A stretch of DNA of 63,259 nt from an uncultured delta proteobacterium (GTDB lineage: Bacteria > Desulfobacterota > WTBG01 > CAIYCZ01), in the NCBI GenBank assembly GCA_963803975.1, contig CAWDOY010000040.1, forward strand, positions 1-63,259, in the 5' to 3' direction. Under the pieces are notes generated by a model. That model ran no database searches. It was not told the DNA's origin and saw only the letters and a list, made by a program, of their open reading frames with translations. Shown piece after piece: positions 51,015 through 62,419 of this stretch; position 1 is the stretch's first letter; each line of letters starts with the position of its first letter. A program made the translations under genes and the position numbers.

Positions 51015-51184
51015 TTTTTGTCCCTGCGGCAGCGGGTTAAAATATAAAAAATGTTGCGGGAGAAATTATCAACCTCAGACAGTGCAACAAAGTAGATGCT
51101 GACTTCTTAATGTAAGATGCAATTGTCTGATACGATCAAAATCTTATTTTAAAAACTGCCAGTTCAAATCCATATTTTTACATT

Positions 51185-51511
51185 TCAGGCAAACAGATTT
51201 ACGATGTAGATTAAAAAATCCTTATAGTTGCACTCCACTGATGCGTTAAATTCTTTATCGCTTTCCCAGCCCTGAAGAAGGCCGCGTGCAATGCCTGATA
51301 GCTGCGATATCTCTTCCTGCTGCATGATCCCGGTAACAGAAAAAACCATCCACAGGCTTGCCAGGTATTTTGTTTTTGCAGCAGCATGGTCCGCGTTCTG
51401 TGCCTCAAGCTCACTATATGTTTTCATTTTTGTTTCAATGAATGTGCGGAGCAGCTTGCGCATATAGTTCTTTTTATCTTCAGCATTTCCGGTTGTTACC
51501 TCAATGAACAT
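51185..51511 (-). CDS. Hypothetical protein (copy of 14689-15015)
   Basis: One aa difference. Confidence 0.65.
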   Translation of the reverse strand: MFIEVTTGNAEDKKNYMRKLLRTFIETKMKTYSELEAQNADHAAAKTKYLASLWMVFSVTGIMQQEEISQLSGIARGLLQGWESDKEFNASVECNYKDFLIYIVNLFA

Positions 51512-51709
51512 AGAACCAATAGCTCCTTTATATCGTCGCAGCGCTGCAGCAGTTCCCTGACCATCTCAATATGACCTTCACTTAGTTGCCAGAAATAAAA
51601 ACATCCGCAGCTCATAGGAAGGAGATAGGGAATAAGAGGAGGAAACTCCTATGCGCCGCAGATGGTATGAAAAGCCGGGCCAGCGCTATCGCAAGTCGGC
51701 CATTGCGCT

Positions 51710-53527
51710 TTACAGCGCAGCTATTTTCCGTGCTATGGTATCAACAATGCTGCCCTTGAAAAGCGTGTAGGCTTCCTTCACCAGGGGCTCGTTACCGTTC
51801 TTCTCATACCGCCCCATGAGCGATCCGGTAATAATAATGCGCGCGCCCCGGAAATTAAAATCGCTCCGGTAGTTCTGCGCTATCTCATGGCCGCCGTGGA
51901 ATTCATGGTGATAATCAAGACCGTCAACCTCAAAGGCCCAGTGCCGCAGGTGCTCAAAGAGATCAATGGTTTCATTGGTGAAATAGTACGGCTGGAAGAT
52001 GATAACATCAAAGCCCCGGTGCAGGTAGTCCACCATCCGCTCCATGGAGGACATCTGCGGTGAATCAGGGTGGTTGTTGAATTCATTCATACTGAGGGCG
52101 TACTCAGTAACCCCTTTGCGCAGCTTCGGCAGTTCCTTATCATACACCCTGCGAATGTTTTGCCGCACTCTTCTCATGTTCACATCAATAACATCATCTT
52201 CGCCGTTTCCGGGAGGGAACCCGTGCTCGCCCAGGATGAATCCCACTTTTAAATCGTCGGCGATGCCGCAGGTCTCGATCTCGTTGCGGGCAATTCTGAA
52301 GGCAGCCTCGGCAAAGTCAGGCTGCACGCCCAGGAGTTCTCCCTCCGTGGTGTGGACGATGGACAGCGGCAGCCTCTTGCCGGTCTCCTTCTCCACGATA
52401 TCAATCGCGTGCTGCACCTCTTCCCACATGCCCTTGGTGTCTTCAAAGTCTGAAAGATCCGATATATAGTCATAGAGCACAATGCCGGTAATATTATTCT
52501 CTTTCATGTGCCGCTTGATCTTGTCGACCAGGTAGTCCGGCTTCTTTCCGATGATAAGAGAGTATACATCCCATGGCCCCTTGAAGCCCTTGTTCCGGAG
52601 GTCCTCGATAACGTCGCTGAACAGTATCTGGGTCTGGTCCCATCCCCGCATGCCGCCGACCGGGGCGAATTTATAATAATTGCTGATAACGTGGGCGGTA
52701 AACACTTCAAAGATATCAGCTATGTCGTTCGACAGGCCTGCCTCCGGGATATGGTACCCCCGCAGTATCGTGCCGAGCTTGGTCTTGGTCTTTTCCATCC
52801 ACTGCGTTGAACCGATCATGTCCGTGTAGGTTTGTCCATCGCATCCGGGTCCGGTCTCGTTACCCAGCATATTCACCAGCTTCTGCGGCGTGTATTCTTC
52901 CAGCCCTTTATCAAGCTGAGTGGGGTCAATAAGCGCGGTAAACATATCGACCTCCTTCAGAAAATCCGGCACGAACCCGTAGTGCATCAAATGACTCATG
53001 ATATTTTCTGAAAACCTGAAGGCAGCATCGTACATCTCCGGCGTCCAGTCCCCGCGCGTGTTATCAATCTTCGGCTCGATAACGCCGCTGAAAAGAAGCA
53101 GGGGGTTTGTTTTATCAAACACACCGTTTTCAGCTATCACGAAGGTATAATAGGAAGCAAGTACCGCATCGCTTTCCTCTTCATTGCTGCCGATTGCCTC
53201 CGCCTTGATCCTCAGCAGCCGGTACTGCGCGCGCGAGGTATCAAACTCAATCCGGCACTGCGGCTTGTCAAACTCAAAACGCTGGCCGTCTATGGTGAGG
53301 ACGATTTTTTTCAGGTTTTTTTCCAGCTCTTCATTCCCCTCCCGTATTTTCAGCTCCACCTCTATTTTTCCGCTCACGCGTGATCCGCTTACCGGCTTGA
53401 CCAGCTGCATGGGATTGGGCTTCCAGATTACCAGCGGCGCAATGGTTCCGGGATGGGTGCCGATCAGCTCAGGAATGCGTGATACCTTCGGGTCATAGTC
53501 TTTTCGTGCTACGTCAACTCTGTCCAT
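51710..53527 (-). CDS. Ig-like + ferrochelatase-like protein (copy 2)
   Basis: About 31 aa differences from the left copy. Confidence 0.6.
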   Translation of the reverse strand: MDRVDVARKDYDPKVSRIPELIGTHPGTIAPLVIWKPNPMQLVKPVSGSRVSGKIEVELKIREGNEELEKNLKKIVLTIDGQRFEFDKPQCRIEFDTSRAQYRLLRIKAEAIGSNEEESDAVLASYYTFVIAENGVFDKTNPLLLFSGVIEPKIDNTRGDWTPEMYDAAFRFSENIMSHLMHYGFVPDFLKEVDMFTALIDPTQLDKGLEEYTPQKLVNMLGNETGPGCDGQTYTDMIGSTQWMEKTKTKLGTILRGYHIPEAGLSNDIADIFEVFTAHVISNYYKFAPVGGMRGWDQTQILFSDVIEDLRNKGFKGPWDVYSLIIGKKPDYLVDKIKRHMKENNITGIVLYDYISDLSDFEDTKGMWEEVQHAIDIVEKETGKRLPLSIVHTTEGELLGVQPDFAEAAFRIARNEIETCGIADDLKVGFILGEHGFPPGNGEDDVIDVNMRRVRQNIRRVYDKELPKLRKGVTEYALSMNEFNNHPDSPQMSSMERMVDYLHRGFDVIIFQPYYFTNETIDLFEHLRHWAFEVDGLDYHHEFHGGHEIAQNYRSDFNFRGARIIITGSLMGRYEKNGNEPLVKEAYTLFKGSIVDTIARKIAAL

Positions 53528-53555
53528 AAACATTTAACTCCTCTCCCAGCTTTTA

Positions 53556-54329
53556 TTATTTATCGGGTGCATCAGGTGATGTCCCTTCTTCTACCATACC
53601 CATCTGTTTTTTTAAATAATTAATATACTCCAACTCCCCTTTCAGCACTTTTATCTCATGCTCTATGGCAGCCCCCTCATATTTTAAATAAAAACTCTGG
53701 GGTTTTTTCCACTGGCCTGACGCCATGATTATAATGGAAAGGGTTATATATAAAAGCCCTCCCAGAACTGTTTTACGCACGATGGTGGCCGCATTTCTGG
53801 CAAGGTAGAGAATGAAGCTGCTGACGATCAGCGCTGCAACCATGATTATATTAGCGATTGCCGGCATCATATCCAGCGGCACTTTCGATGAGTAGTTATC
53901 CATATAGATTTCAAAGGTCCAGATCCCCAGAAAAATCATAAAAGCAAATGCTGCCTGTTCTTTTATTGATTTCGTTACCCACAGAAGGTACAGCAGAACC
54001 CAGGACGCCAGCACATAAAAGTATCCGCCGAGCAATTTTATATTGATATCACTGAACTGCAGAATAATGCCGGAAGGTACCCGTATGGAAGGAATTTCAC
54101 CCACAACCTGCCACATGAGAATACCGGCGAAATAGGCAAAGAGATAACTCTTGCTTTCTTTTATTTCAGTACAGGCCTTATATAATAAAACCATAAAAAC
54201 CGCAGCCAGAAAGGGAAGGGCAAAGAGGTTATAATTTTCGATCGGCTTCATGCGGAATGGCAAAAAAATCAGAAGAGAAAGGATGAAATAGACGATGCCG
54301 GAGAGAGCAATGGTCAGAGCTCGTAGCAT
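53556..54329 (-). CDS. Hypothetical polytopic membrane protein (intact copy)
   Basis: 257 aa, ~7 hydrophobic segments; AAGGAGG RBS. Confidence 0.82.
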   Translation of the reverse strand: MLRALTIALSGIVYFILSLLIFLPFRMKPIENYNLFALPFLAAVFMVLLYKACTEIKESKSYLFAYFAGILMWQVVGEIPSIRVPSGIILQFSDINIKLLGGYFYVLASWVLLYLLWVTKSIKEQAAFAFMIFLGIWTFEIYMDNYSSKVPLDMMPAIANIIMVAALIVSSFILYLARNAATIVRKTVLGGLLYITLSIIIMASGQWKKPQSFYLKYEGAAIEHEIKVLKGELEYINYLKKQMGMVEEGTSPDAPDK

Positions 54330-54556
54330 GATAATCCTCCTTATGGTATGTGATTTCTAATTCGTGTAATGGAGCCATGAATAGCGCTGGGTTCCATCTG
54401 CCGGTGCCTGCTGGCAGCAGCGTGTGTCTCATGCGCCGGTTATACGGGGAATTGCAAACGGTAATCACCAGCAATTCCCTCTATTCTCTCCCGTGTCTCA
54501 GCGCCATACCGTGCGCAGGCATACCTGTCCGGCTTCCGCGCACTGTCAGGCTGCTT

Positions 54557-54997
54557 TCAGCGCCGCGTTATTTTTTCAAGGATTTTGCACGCGGTATCGA
54601 GTGAATTGAGGAGTATCACCCGGTCTTTATTGTTCAGGTGAGCATAGAGAGCCTTTGCTGCTTTGCGGCGGTTTGCGGCAATCTGATTGCGGAGCTTTTC
54701 CCCCTGCGGAGTCAGGCTGACCGCCGATCTCCTGCGGTCTTTATCATCTTTGCACCGTGCAATGATGCCGTCTTTTATCAGTCTCTTTACCATGGCGGCC
54801 ATGCGGGGAACCGTAACGCCGCTGTTGTCCGCAAGCTCCTGCAGCGAAAGGCTGCTGCTGCCGTTAAAAGCTGACAGCATTTTTATCTGAGACATCCTGA
54901 GGTCCGGATCCATATTATTACAGTCAATGGCAATCTGCTGCTTGCAGATACGCTTGAAGCTTTTTATAATGTGCGTGTCATTGTTGGACTCCATCAT
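54557..54997 (-). CDS. MarR-family regulator (copy 2)
   Basis: Protein identical to 11203-11643. Confidence 0.92.
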   Translation of the reverse strand: MMESNNDTHIIKSFKRICKQQIAIDCNNMDPDLRMSQIKMLSAFNGSSSLSLQELADNSGVTVPRMAAMVKRLIKDGIIARCKDDKDRRRSAVSLTPQGEKLRNQIAANRRKAAKALYAHLNNKDRVILLNSLDTACKILEKITRR

Positions 54998-55168
54998 CTA
55001 TCCTTTCCTTTCTTCGCGTGTTATCCTGCATTGTCCTGGTGCGGCAGCGGTGCAGAACCCGTGCTTAAAAACATCTGTGAAGCCCCGCCCGGCGGGCGGG
55101 GCTTCACCAGGGCCAACCGTTTATCTGAATGATTCCCGCTTTACCGTTGCCCATGAAAACTGATAGCG

Positions 55169-55861
55169 CTACTGGCTTGCTGTTGCCGTTTTGATTGAGA
55201 AGGCGCTTTTCACATCACCGACCTGTTTGAGCGTGCGCTGGATGATTTGGTCATCTGAGGCCTCAAGGGTGTCAACATTACAATGCCGGACATAATTTCC
55301 CCCGGCAGTGCTGGTAACATAGTCCCTGCTCCCCTTGCTTTTGCCGCGTATGTAATCGCGGAAAAATCTTTTAATCCACGGGGCGTTATCGTCATACTGT
55401 TCATATTTGCGTACGTCATTGTTGCCGTTGGTAAACAGCACCACCGTCTTTCCATCAAGCCGGTTGTTGTCAATAAAGGTGTGGATGGGGGTGCTCAGTT
55501 TCCAGTTCCAGATGGGTGATACAATGACGATATTGGAATACGGGGAGAGGTCGGCCTTCGTCGGGTCAATCGTGGTGTGCCGGTCAAAAAAACCATCAAA
55601 TCCCGCACCGGCATACCCTAATGTCCCGGACCGGTCCTCCAGGTCTTTTATTTCAAGAACCTGCGCGTTAAGTTCCTTCTGCAGGACCTGGCTTATGAGC
55701 CTGCTTTTACCGGTGCGCGAATAATAGATAATCAGGGTTTGCCCGGTCGCGGTGTCCGCGGCAAAAGAAGGCAGCGGCAGAAGAAGAAAAAGGCCAAGTG
55801 CCAGCACGGTGATTGTTTTACTTAAACGTTTTATTGAATACTGCATGACTGGTACCTCCAT
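55169..55861 (-). CDS. Exported flavodoxin-like protein (copy 2)
   Basis: Protein identical; synonymous changes only. Confidence 0.82.
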   Translation of the reverse strand: MEVPVMQYSIKRLSKTITVLALGLFLLLPLPSFAADTATGQTLIIYYSRTGKSRLISQVLQKELNAQVLEIKDLEDRSGTLGYAGAGFDGFFDRHTTIDPTKADLSPYSNIVIVSPIWNWKLSTPIHTFIDNNRLDGKTVVLFTNGNNDVRKYEQYDDNAPWIKRFFRDYIRGKSKGSRDYVTSTAGGNYVRHCNVDTLEASDDQIIQRTLKQVGDVKSAFSIKTATASQ

Positions 55862-56035
55862 TCTTACAGAAAAGCTTTTTGCTTTTCAAAATATTAATAT
55901 TTATTGACACCCGCATGAAACAGAAGTGCAACCCGTTATGGCATTGAAACCTGGGCTGAATGCGCGGTTATCATGGGAGCGGCACACAAGGGCCTTCGTT
56001 CGCTCTGTGAAACCAGCGCTTCAGTCCTTACAGCA

Positions 56036-56341
56036 TCACAGGTTAAGTCGGGTGGTGGTGACGATGGAGAGATTGTTTGAAGGGTTAGCGAAAAAAAGGA
56101 TGGGCAGGTTTTGTGATAAAACGGATTTACCAACAGCATAATCAGGCAGAAATGTATATATCAGGTCTTCCTGATGTGACTTTAACTCCCCGGTATATTT
56201 CTGGACTATTGAGTGCAGAGGAAAATTAAACACCGCATCCCCGATATATTGATCATGCAGTGCATGAACCACTGGGCACATCATCATATAGATGAAAGCA
56301 AAGAGGAAACAGATCTGCAGCAACTTCTTCTGCCTTGACAT
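56036..56341 (-). CDS. Small exported leader-like protein (copy 2)
   Basis: One aa difference from 9859-10164. Confidence 0.6.
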   Translation of the reverse strand: MSRQKKLLQICFLFAFIYMMMCPVVHALHDQYIGDAVFNFPLHSIVQKYTGELKSHQEDLIYTFLPDYAVGKSVLSQNLPILFFANPSNNLSIVTTTRLNL

Positions 56342-56640
56342 CAGGTTACCTTTTTTTAATTAACTGCCACAGCAAGCCCATGCATCATTTTTTTCGAATA
56401 GTGTGAACCACAGAGCGCACAGGGCCTTGGGAGGGGTTCTCAGGGAAATTCCCCGTGAACTCTGTGGTTCTATCTTGGGGACGTCTACAGTATGGATGGG
56501 AAATGTGAGGAAAGTTTGTAAAAAGTGTTAAGAAAGTGTAAATCTTTTACCAGTCCGACAAATAGTGAAACTCCCCGCCTATCCCGAAGTCCCGAGAGCA
56601 TTCGGGATTCGGGACGGGGCTTGCGAGGCATGAAGCCTGC

Positions 56641-57084
56641 CTAACCGGCGGTGCTTGAGAATGCTTTCATTTTCCAGAAGAGCAGGCTCGAGGTCAGGAG
56701 GGCCGTCGCGATAGAAAGATCAAGAGCGGCAACCCCGCACAAATAGGTAAAATTACCGGCTGCGGCCCGGGACATCCACGCCCCGGTCGGAATAATGATA
56801 GCAAGAAAAATCAGCATTCCCGGTCTGAAGCATTGCCAGATGCGGGGATTTATTAATGCCCTGATTCTGACAATGTTTTTTTTGCAGGCATGATTGAAGA
56901 TGAACCGTGCTTTGACAAAACCAATGACAACTCCCAGCACCGGTGCCGCATAAATCCATACAGACTGGGAATCTAATGCATAAGCACCCTTTACCAGTGA
57001 ACCGCCTTTAAACAATAATGCTATCCCTCCCCCATACCAGATGCATGCTGCAATAACCATAAGCGTTAGTCGTGAAACCAGCAT
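56641..57084 (-). CDS. Hypothetical 4-TM membrane protein (copy 2)
   Basis: Matches 8858-9301 except two internal residues and the last three. Confidence 0.8.
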   Translation of the reverse strand: MLVSRLTLMVIAACIWYGGGIALLFKGGSLVKGAYALDSQSVWIYAAPVLGVVIGFVKARFIFNHACKKNIVRIRALINPRIWQCFRPGMLIFLAIIIPTGAWMSRAAAGNFTYLCGVAALDLSIATALLTSSLLFWKMKAFSSTAG

Positions 57085-57224
57085 AGAGACCTCCTCGACA
57101 AAGGTTCACACATAATGCTGCACTGCAATGTCCTGCTGTAATAAAAAATCGGACATGCCAGGCAGTAAATAGATCTGCGTACAGCGCTGCCTATTGAAAA
57201 CTATGCTCTGCTGCGGGGGAAATG

Positions 57225-57557
57225 TTATAGCAGGAGAATCGTTGAAGACTGTGATGAAGAGCACAGGGCCGGGATGGTGCGTAACGGAGTAAAGAGCGGG
57301 AAATTGAATAAGCAGTCAGTCCCGGAGATTATTTGGTGAAACATCTTCTGCAGAAAACTGATGCAATAAAATCCGAACTCATGTTTACAGTGTCTTTTCT
57401 TTATACAGTGCGCAAGGTCGTAGTCGAGCCACTCTTCACACAGCACCTGCGGCAAAGGACATACCAAGGCGCAGAGTAAAATAAACAGGACGGTGATAAC
57501 ATGCGTTATTCTTCTGAAATACATAGCGTTTTGTTTCTTCACTGTTGCAAATTCCAC
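57225..57557 (-). CDS. Small Cys/His-rich exported protein (copy 2)
   Basis: Identical to 8385-8717. Confidence 0.55.
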   Translation of the reverse strand: MEFATVKKQNAMYFRRITHVITVLFILLCALVCPLPQVLCEEWLDYDLAHCIKKRHCKHEFGFYCISFLQKMFHQIISGTDCLFNFPLFTPLRTIPALCSSSQSSTILLL

Positions 57558-57668
57558 AGCACCGGTACGCCGGTTCCCTGTGCACCGATTAATTGTGCAT
57601 CATAATCTTCGTTCATGTCAACAGGGAATTCTCGCGAGGGACAACAGAAGCCTTAAGCAGCAGCTGTT

Positions 57669-59053
57669 TTAATGGGGCAATCCAAAGACATAGTAAACGC
57701 TGCACAGCAGCGCCAGCACTACACCCCCCAGTTCAATTCTTTTATCCTGCCGGCAAACACCTTGAGCAGCGGATATATGACCAGCCCGGCGGTGAGGCCG
57801 TTGGCGATGTTGTAGGTAAACACCATCATCACGATGGTGGCAAAGGCCGGGATCAGCTCCGTCAGATCGTTGAAATCAATTTTAGTGATTGTGCCGATCA
57901 TCATCACGCCGACGGCGATCAAAGCCGGGCCATAGGCATAGCGCAGATACTGCAGCGGCTCTATGAGCGGGATGAAAAACAGCGACACGGCAAACAGCGC
58001 CGCGGTAACCACCGACGCCAGGCCGGTGCGCGCTCCCTCACTGATGCCGGTGGCAGATTCAATATAGGCGCCGCTGGTTGATGTACCGATCACCCCGCTG
58101 AACATGCAGGAGAGTGCGTCCGCCAGCATCGGACGCTCAATCTGCGGAAAATTTCCCTTGTCATCAACCATGTTGCCGGCCGCCCCCACGCCAACGAGCG
58201 TGCCGAGGGTGTCCAGAAAGCCCATTAAAAAAAGGGTGAGCAGCACAGGAAGAAAGCTGAGTTTGAAGACGCCGGGAATATCCAGCTTGAAGGCGATTGC
58301 TGTCAGGTTATAGTCTCCGGTAAACGGCATCGCCATCAGGGCCCGCGGCGGCCGCCCCAGCCCTACCATGTATCCCAGCAGCGCGGTGAGGGCAATGCCC
58401 AGCAGTATCCCGCCCCGCACCCGGTGATAGAGCAGCATGCTGATGAGAATGAATCCGAACAACGCCAGCAGCACCTCGGGGCTTTTTAAGTTGCCGATCT
58501 TGACCGGCACATCAGGGGCATGCAAGACGCTGGCATTCGGGTAGAGCAGGGCCTGCGGCGACATGCCGGTGACAAAGCTGGTCACAATGCCGGTTTCATA
58601 GAGGCCGATGAACGCCAGGAACAGCCCGATGCCGACCGCAAAGCTGTGCTTCATGCTCGCAGAAATGGAGTTCGCCAGCCAGGAGCGGATGCGCAGCAGC
58701 GTTATGACAAAAAAACCGCAGCCGCTCACAAAGACCGCGCCAAACAGCTGCGGCCAGCCAATGCCCATGGGTGCCAGGCCGAAGGCAATAAAGGCGTTTT
58801 CCCCCATGTACGGTGCCACGGCAATCGGCCGGTTGGCATACAGCCCCATGACGAGCGAGCCAAACACCGCAGCCAGTATGGTCGCAACCGTGCCCGGCCC
58901 GTGGGGAATACCGGCAAAGCTCAATATCGCGGGGTTGACAATGATGATGTAGGCCATGGTAACAAACGTGGTTGCGCCGCCGAGGATCTCGGTGCGGACT
59001 GTGGTGTTGCGCTCGCTCAGTTTAAACATCCGCTCAAGCAATCCCTTCGTCAT
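57669..59053 (-). CDS. NCS2/AzgA permease (copy 2); frameshift in a G-run near 57725
   Basis: Near-identical to 6888-8273. Confidence 0.9.
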
Positions 59054-59159
59054 ACATAACCTCCGGACTGGATGTACTCGTAGATGCCTGCATAGTGTAG
59101 TACCTGAGAACGATTACGATTCACTATGACGCGCGTTACAGGGTCGGGGCAGGGCAAAA

Positions 59160-59483
59160 TTACGGGGAGGGGTGGGTATCTGCAGGGCCGCTCTCTATCG
59201 GGAGAGGAACGCTGCCTGCAGCACTGCGCTTTTCAAACAGCCTGCGCACATAGGGATTAATATAGAGACCTTCAATATCAAATTCACCAAGAGCGTCGAT
59301 GAGCACATCTATCTTTTCAGACAGGTTGAGATGTTTATCAACAATAATCCGGTGTTCACCCTTTACTTTGCACAGCCCGCTCTTTAAGTTGTAATAGTCC
59401 TTCCGCAGGTTCACCTGCTGAACCTTGACAGCAAGCTTTTCCGCGATCTCTTCCAGGTGCTGTAAAATTTCCGATTCTTTCAT
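59160..59483 (-). CDS. Conserved hypothetical protein (copy 2)
   Basis: One aa difference from 6458-6781. Confidence 0.75.
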   Translation of the reverse strand: MKESEILQHLEEIAEKLAVKVQQVNLRKDYYNLKSGLCKVKGEHRIIVDKHLNLSEKIDVLIDALGEFDIEGLYINPYVRRLFEKRSAAGSVPLPIESGPADTHPSP

Positions 59484-59495
59484 AGGGTTGATTCC

Positions 59496-60251
59496 TTAAG
59501 CAGCCGGCGCCTCTTTCTGCCAGATCTGCTCAATTATGTTTTTCCCGCTCTTGAGAGCTGCAGGCGCTATTTCAAGGGTCATGGTACGGCCATAACCCTG
59601 CTTCCTGAGGCAGCCAAGTATAGCGGCAAAATCTATGACACCCTCTCCCAGGGGGAGATGGAGGTCATCCTCAACCGTGTCTCCGCCGCGGTTATCATGC
59701 AGGTGGACATGCCAGATGCGCTGGAGCCAGCCGGCGGCAAATTCATACGCAGTGTTTCGTGCTGTCAGAAGCTCACCGTGGCCGACATCAAGGGTCATCC
59801 CCAGTCCTTCAATTGCGGCAAAGACCGGGGAAAAGTCTGAAACCTGCTCACTCAGATTTTCTATGCAGAGCTTGATGCCGCACTTGTCAGCATGGCTCGT
59901 CATGGCTTTTAAAATTTCTATCTTCTCTGACGCGATGTCATCAGCAACAAAGCGCCGGTCAAGCCAGAAGTGCAGGGTGAACACCGTAATTGCAAGCTCT
60001 GCCGCGCAGTCAAGAAGCGACCTGATCAGCGGCAGAAAGTCTGCCCGGAGCTTTTCCGGCTCCCAGGTGTTTAGTTCCTCAGGCCCGTGCGCCACATAGA
60101 AGATCCCGAACCGGTCCTGCAGGCGCCTGAATGAAGCCATCTCTCGTTTTAATTCCTGAGGGGTGCGGATGCTTATCTCCGCAAAGGGAAACCCTGCCTG
60201 CGCTATGAACTCAGCCTCTGCAACCGTGTGCGCCCGCCCGCCGATCAGCAC
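59496..60251 (-). CDS. Sugar phosphate isomerase/epimerase (copy 2)
   Basis: Protein identical to 5690-6445. Confidence 0.88.
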   Translation of the reverse strand: MLIGGRAHTVAEAEFIAQAGFPFAEISIRTPQELKREMASFRRLQDRFGIFYVAHGPEELNTWEPEKLRADFLPLIRSLLDCAAELAITVFTLHFWLDRRFVADDIASEKIEILKAMTSHADKCGIKLCIENLSEQVSDFSPVFAAIEGLGMTLDVGHGELLTARNTAYEFAAGWLQRIWHVHLHDNRGGDTVEDDLHLPLGEGVIDFAAILGCLRKQGYGRTMTLEIAPAALKSGKNIIEQIWQKEAPAA

Positions 60252-60360
60252 CTCATTACCTTTTGCGAGTAATTGCGCTCAATGTTCCCTCTCTCGTCAG
60301 GGGATGCGCCTAGTGATGTCGCAAGCGTGCCACGAGATTGAGGGCCGCATTATAAAAAAA

Positions 60361-60437
<77 letters not shown>

Positions 60438-60781
60438 ACTTGTTACAATGTTATAATGTATCAGAATCTTAGTCAAGCCATTAATATATGGGATTAATAT
60501 ATGAAGGTTCTCTCAAAGTTACGCATCAAAAACCGGCAAACAGCATGATTACAGGAAAATGGTGAATAGGTTAAGAGGTAAAAAGGTGAAGAGGCAGGAA
60601 GGTGAAAATTGAAAATATCACTGTTTTCCGGGTTATGGATTTTCCATTCCCGCTTTTTTACATTCAGCACTTTTTTCGAGTCCCGTGTCACGAGTCACTG
60701 GTCACGTGCTATTAACCCCATGCGTTCAATATCGACAGTAAATAAAAATTGAGAGGGAGTCTTGATTAATGTGTGCTCCGG

Positions 60782-61282
60782 TCACCAGGAATTATAGTGC
60801 AGGCGTGAAGCATCAAACCGGTCAGCAGGCTCTTTCTTTTCCGCGGGATAGCCGATTGCAACCAGGGCAAACGGCACAATGGTTTCCGGGATACTGAGAA
60901 GCTGCCGCAAACCCCGCACCCGCTCCTCCCGGGGATATATCCCCAGCCATACTGCTCCCAGCCCTTTCTCATTCACGGCGATTAAAATGTTTTCCGTGGC
61001 CGCCGAACAGTCCTGGACCCAGTATCCTTCATGCTTTTCGCGCGCCAAATCACCGCAGACAAGAATTGCTGCAGGAGCTTCCTTGAGCATTGCGGCGTAG
61101 GGGTGGAATGATGGGATGCGGTCAAGAATAGTTCGCTCGGTGAGCACAACAAACTCCCACGGCTGCTCGTTTCCTGCTGATGGGGCTGCCATGGCCGCCT
61201 TGAGAAAACCGGTAATCAGCTCCTCCGCTACCGGCTGAGCTGTATAGCGGCGAATACTCCGCCGGGTAAGAATTGCATCCAT
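60782..61282 (-). CDS. Nitroreductase family protein (copy 2)
   Basis: One aa difference from 4659-5159. Confidence 0.93.
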   Translation of the reverse strand: MDAILTRRSIRRYTAQPVAEELITGFLKAAMAAPSAGNEQPWEFVVLTERTILDRIPSFHPYAAMLKEAPAAILVCGDLAREKHEGYWVQDCSAATENILIAVNEKGLGAVWLGIYPREERVRGLRQLLSIPETIVPFALVAIGYPAEKKEPADRFDASRLHYNSW

Positions 61283-61427
61283 GATACTGCCCTCCCTTTC
61301 TATGCCGCGCCGTAGCCTTTTATCCCTCTGCGCTTTCTGCAAAGGAGGATGGCGAAGGCGGGTTGCCTTTCCCCCAACCACGAATCCCAAGCCCCGAGCC
61401 ACTAATCTTTCACTCAGCACTCGTTAC

Positions 61428-61883
61428 TCAGAACTTTTCTTTATTCAGCCTGTTAAGCAATGCCAGCACCCCTATTATAAGAATCCATAGCGGTACCATG
61501 CTTACTATGGTTTCCGGCCAGAGGAGGCCGAATTCAAAGGCTCTCCAGGAAAAGGGAAACAGCAGGGTGTAGCCCGGCTGCAGATGCTTCTGAAACAGGT
61601 CAAGAAAAAGATGCAGTGACGAGCCGGCAATAAGGCTTACGAACACCTGTTTTCTCTCAGCTTCCGCAAAGAAAAAGCTGAGCAGCAGGCACAGCAGCAC
61701 TATTCCCAAGGGCGTATGCAGCGGATACACGGCAAACTCAGCAGGACGATATGGTATAGATACCGCCCGGGTAGCAATATCCGGCAGCACTGCTCCGCAA
61801 TAAAAAAGCGTGCTGTATCTGAAGATTTTAAACGGCCTATTGAGAATATAACTGATGGACAGGTGCGTAATCAGGTCCGGCAT
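61428..61883 (-). CDS. Membrane metal-dependent hydrolase, YdjM-like (intact copy)
   Basis: ITHL, GAVLPD, LHT, HLFLD. Confidence 0.8.
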   Translation of the reverse strand: MPDLITHLSISYILNRPFKIFRYSTLFYCGAVLPDIATRAVSIPYRPAEFAVYPLHTPLGIVLLCLLLSFFFAEAERKQVFVSLIAGSSLHLFLDLFQKHLQPGYTLLFPFSWRAFEFGLLWPETIVSMVPLWILIIGVLALLNRLNKEKF

Positions 61884-62332
61884 CAGGTGCGCTCCAAAAA
61901 CTGAAAATCCTTGAGAGTAAACCGGTATCGTGAGAAAAACAGCCAGATAACAAACAGCGCTGCTGCAATGGATATAATAATCTTAATGTTCCGCAATTTT
62001 TTGATGTGCATCTCCTGGAGCAAGAGATAGCCCTCCCGGTGAAAGATTGCCCGGAGCGCTATTTCATCACCGGGCGCAAGCTCCTCGGGCGCGCCCATGA
62101 CCGGTATCCTGCTGCCCTCCTGCTCTATTTCAAACCGGTCGCTGGAGACGCTGCTCACTATGACGTAATCCTCCAGAATGATTTCTTTCCCGTCAAACTG
62201 TCCGGCATTGGCAAGGCACATTTCAAGGTCTATATATATTTTTTTACTTTCCCGGTAGCTGTACAAGCACAGGACTGAAAGAATAAGGATGAGCAGAGAT
62301 ATTTTTATATATCTGTGGTTATCGCTGAACAT
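61883..62332 (-). CDS. Hypothetical membrane protein with OB-fold-like domain (intact copy)
   Basis: TM-soluble beta domain-TM; stop overlaps the next start. Confidence 0.7.
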   Translation of the reverse strand: MFSDNHRYIKISLLILILSVLCLYSYRESKKIYIDLEMCLANAGQFDGKEIILEDYVIVSSVSSDRFEIEQEGSRIPVMGAPEELAPGDEIALRAIFHREGYLLLQEMHIKKLRNIKIIISIAAALFVIWLFFSRYRFTLKDFQFLERT

Positions 62333-62419
62333 AGTAAGGTTATTCAATAATAAAAAAAGACTTGCAACAAAATTTAGCTGCCGCAAGTCCTGCAAAATTA
62401 TATCAAGTGAATTTATTAA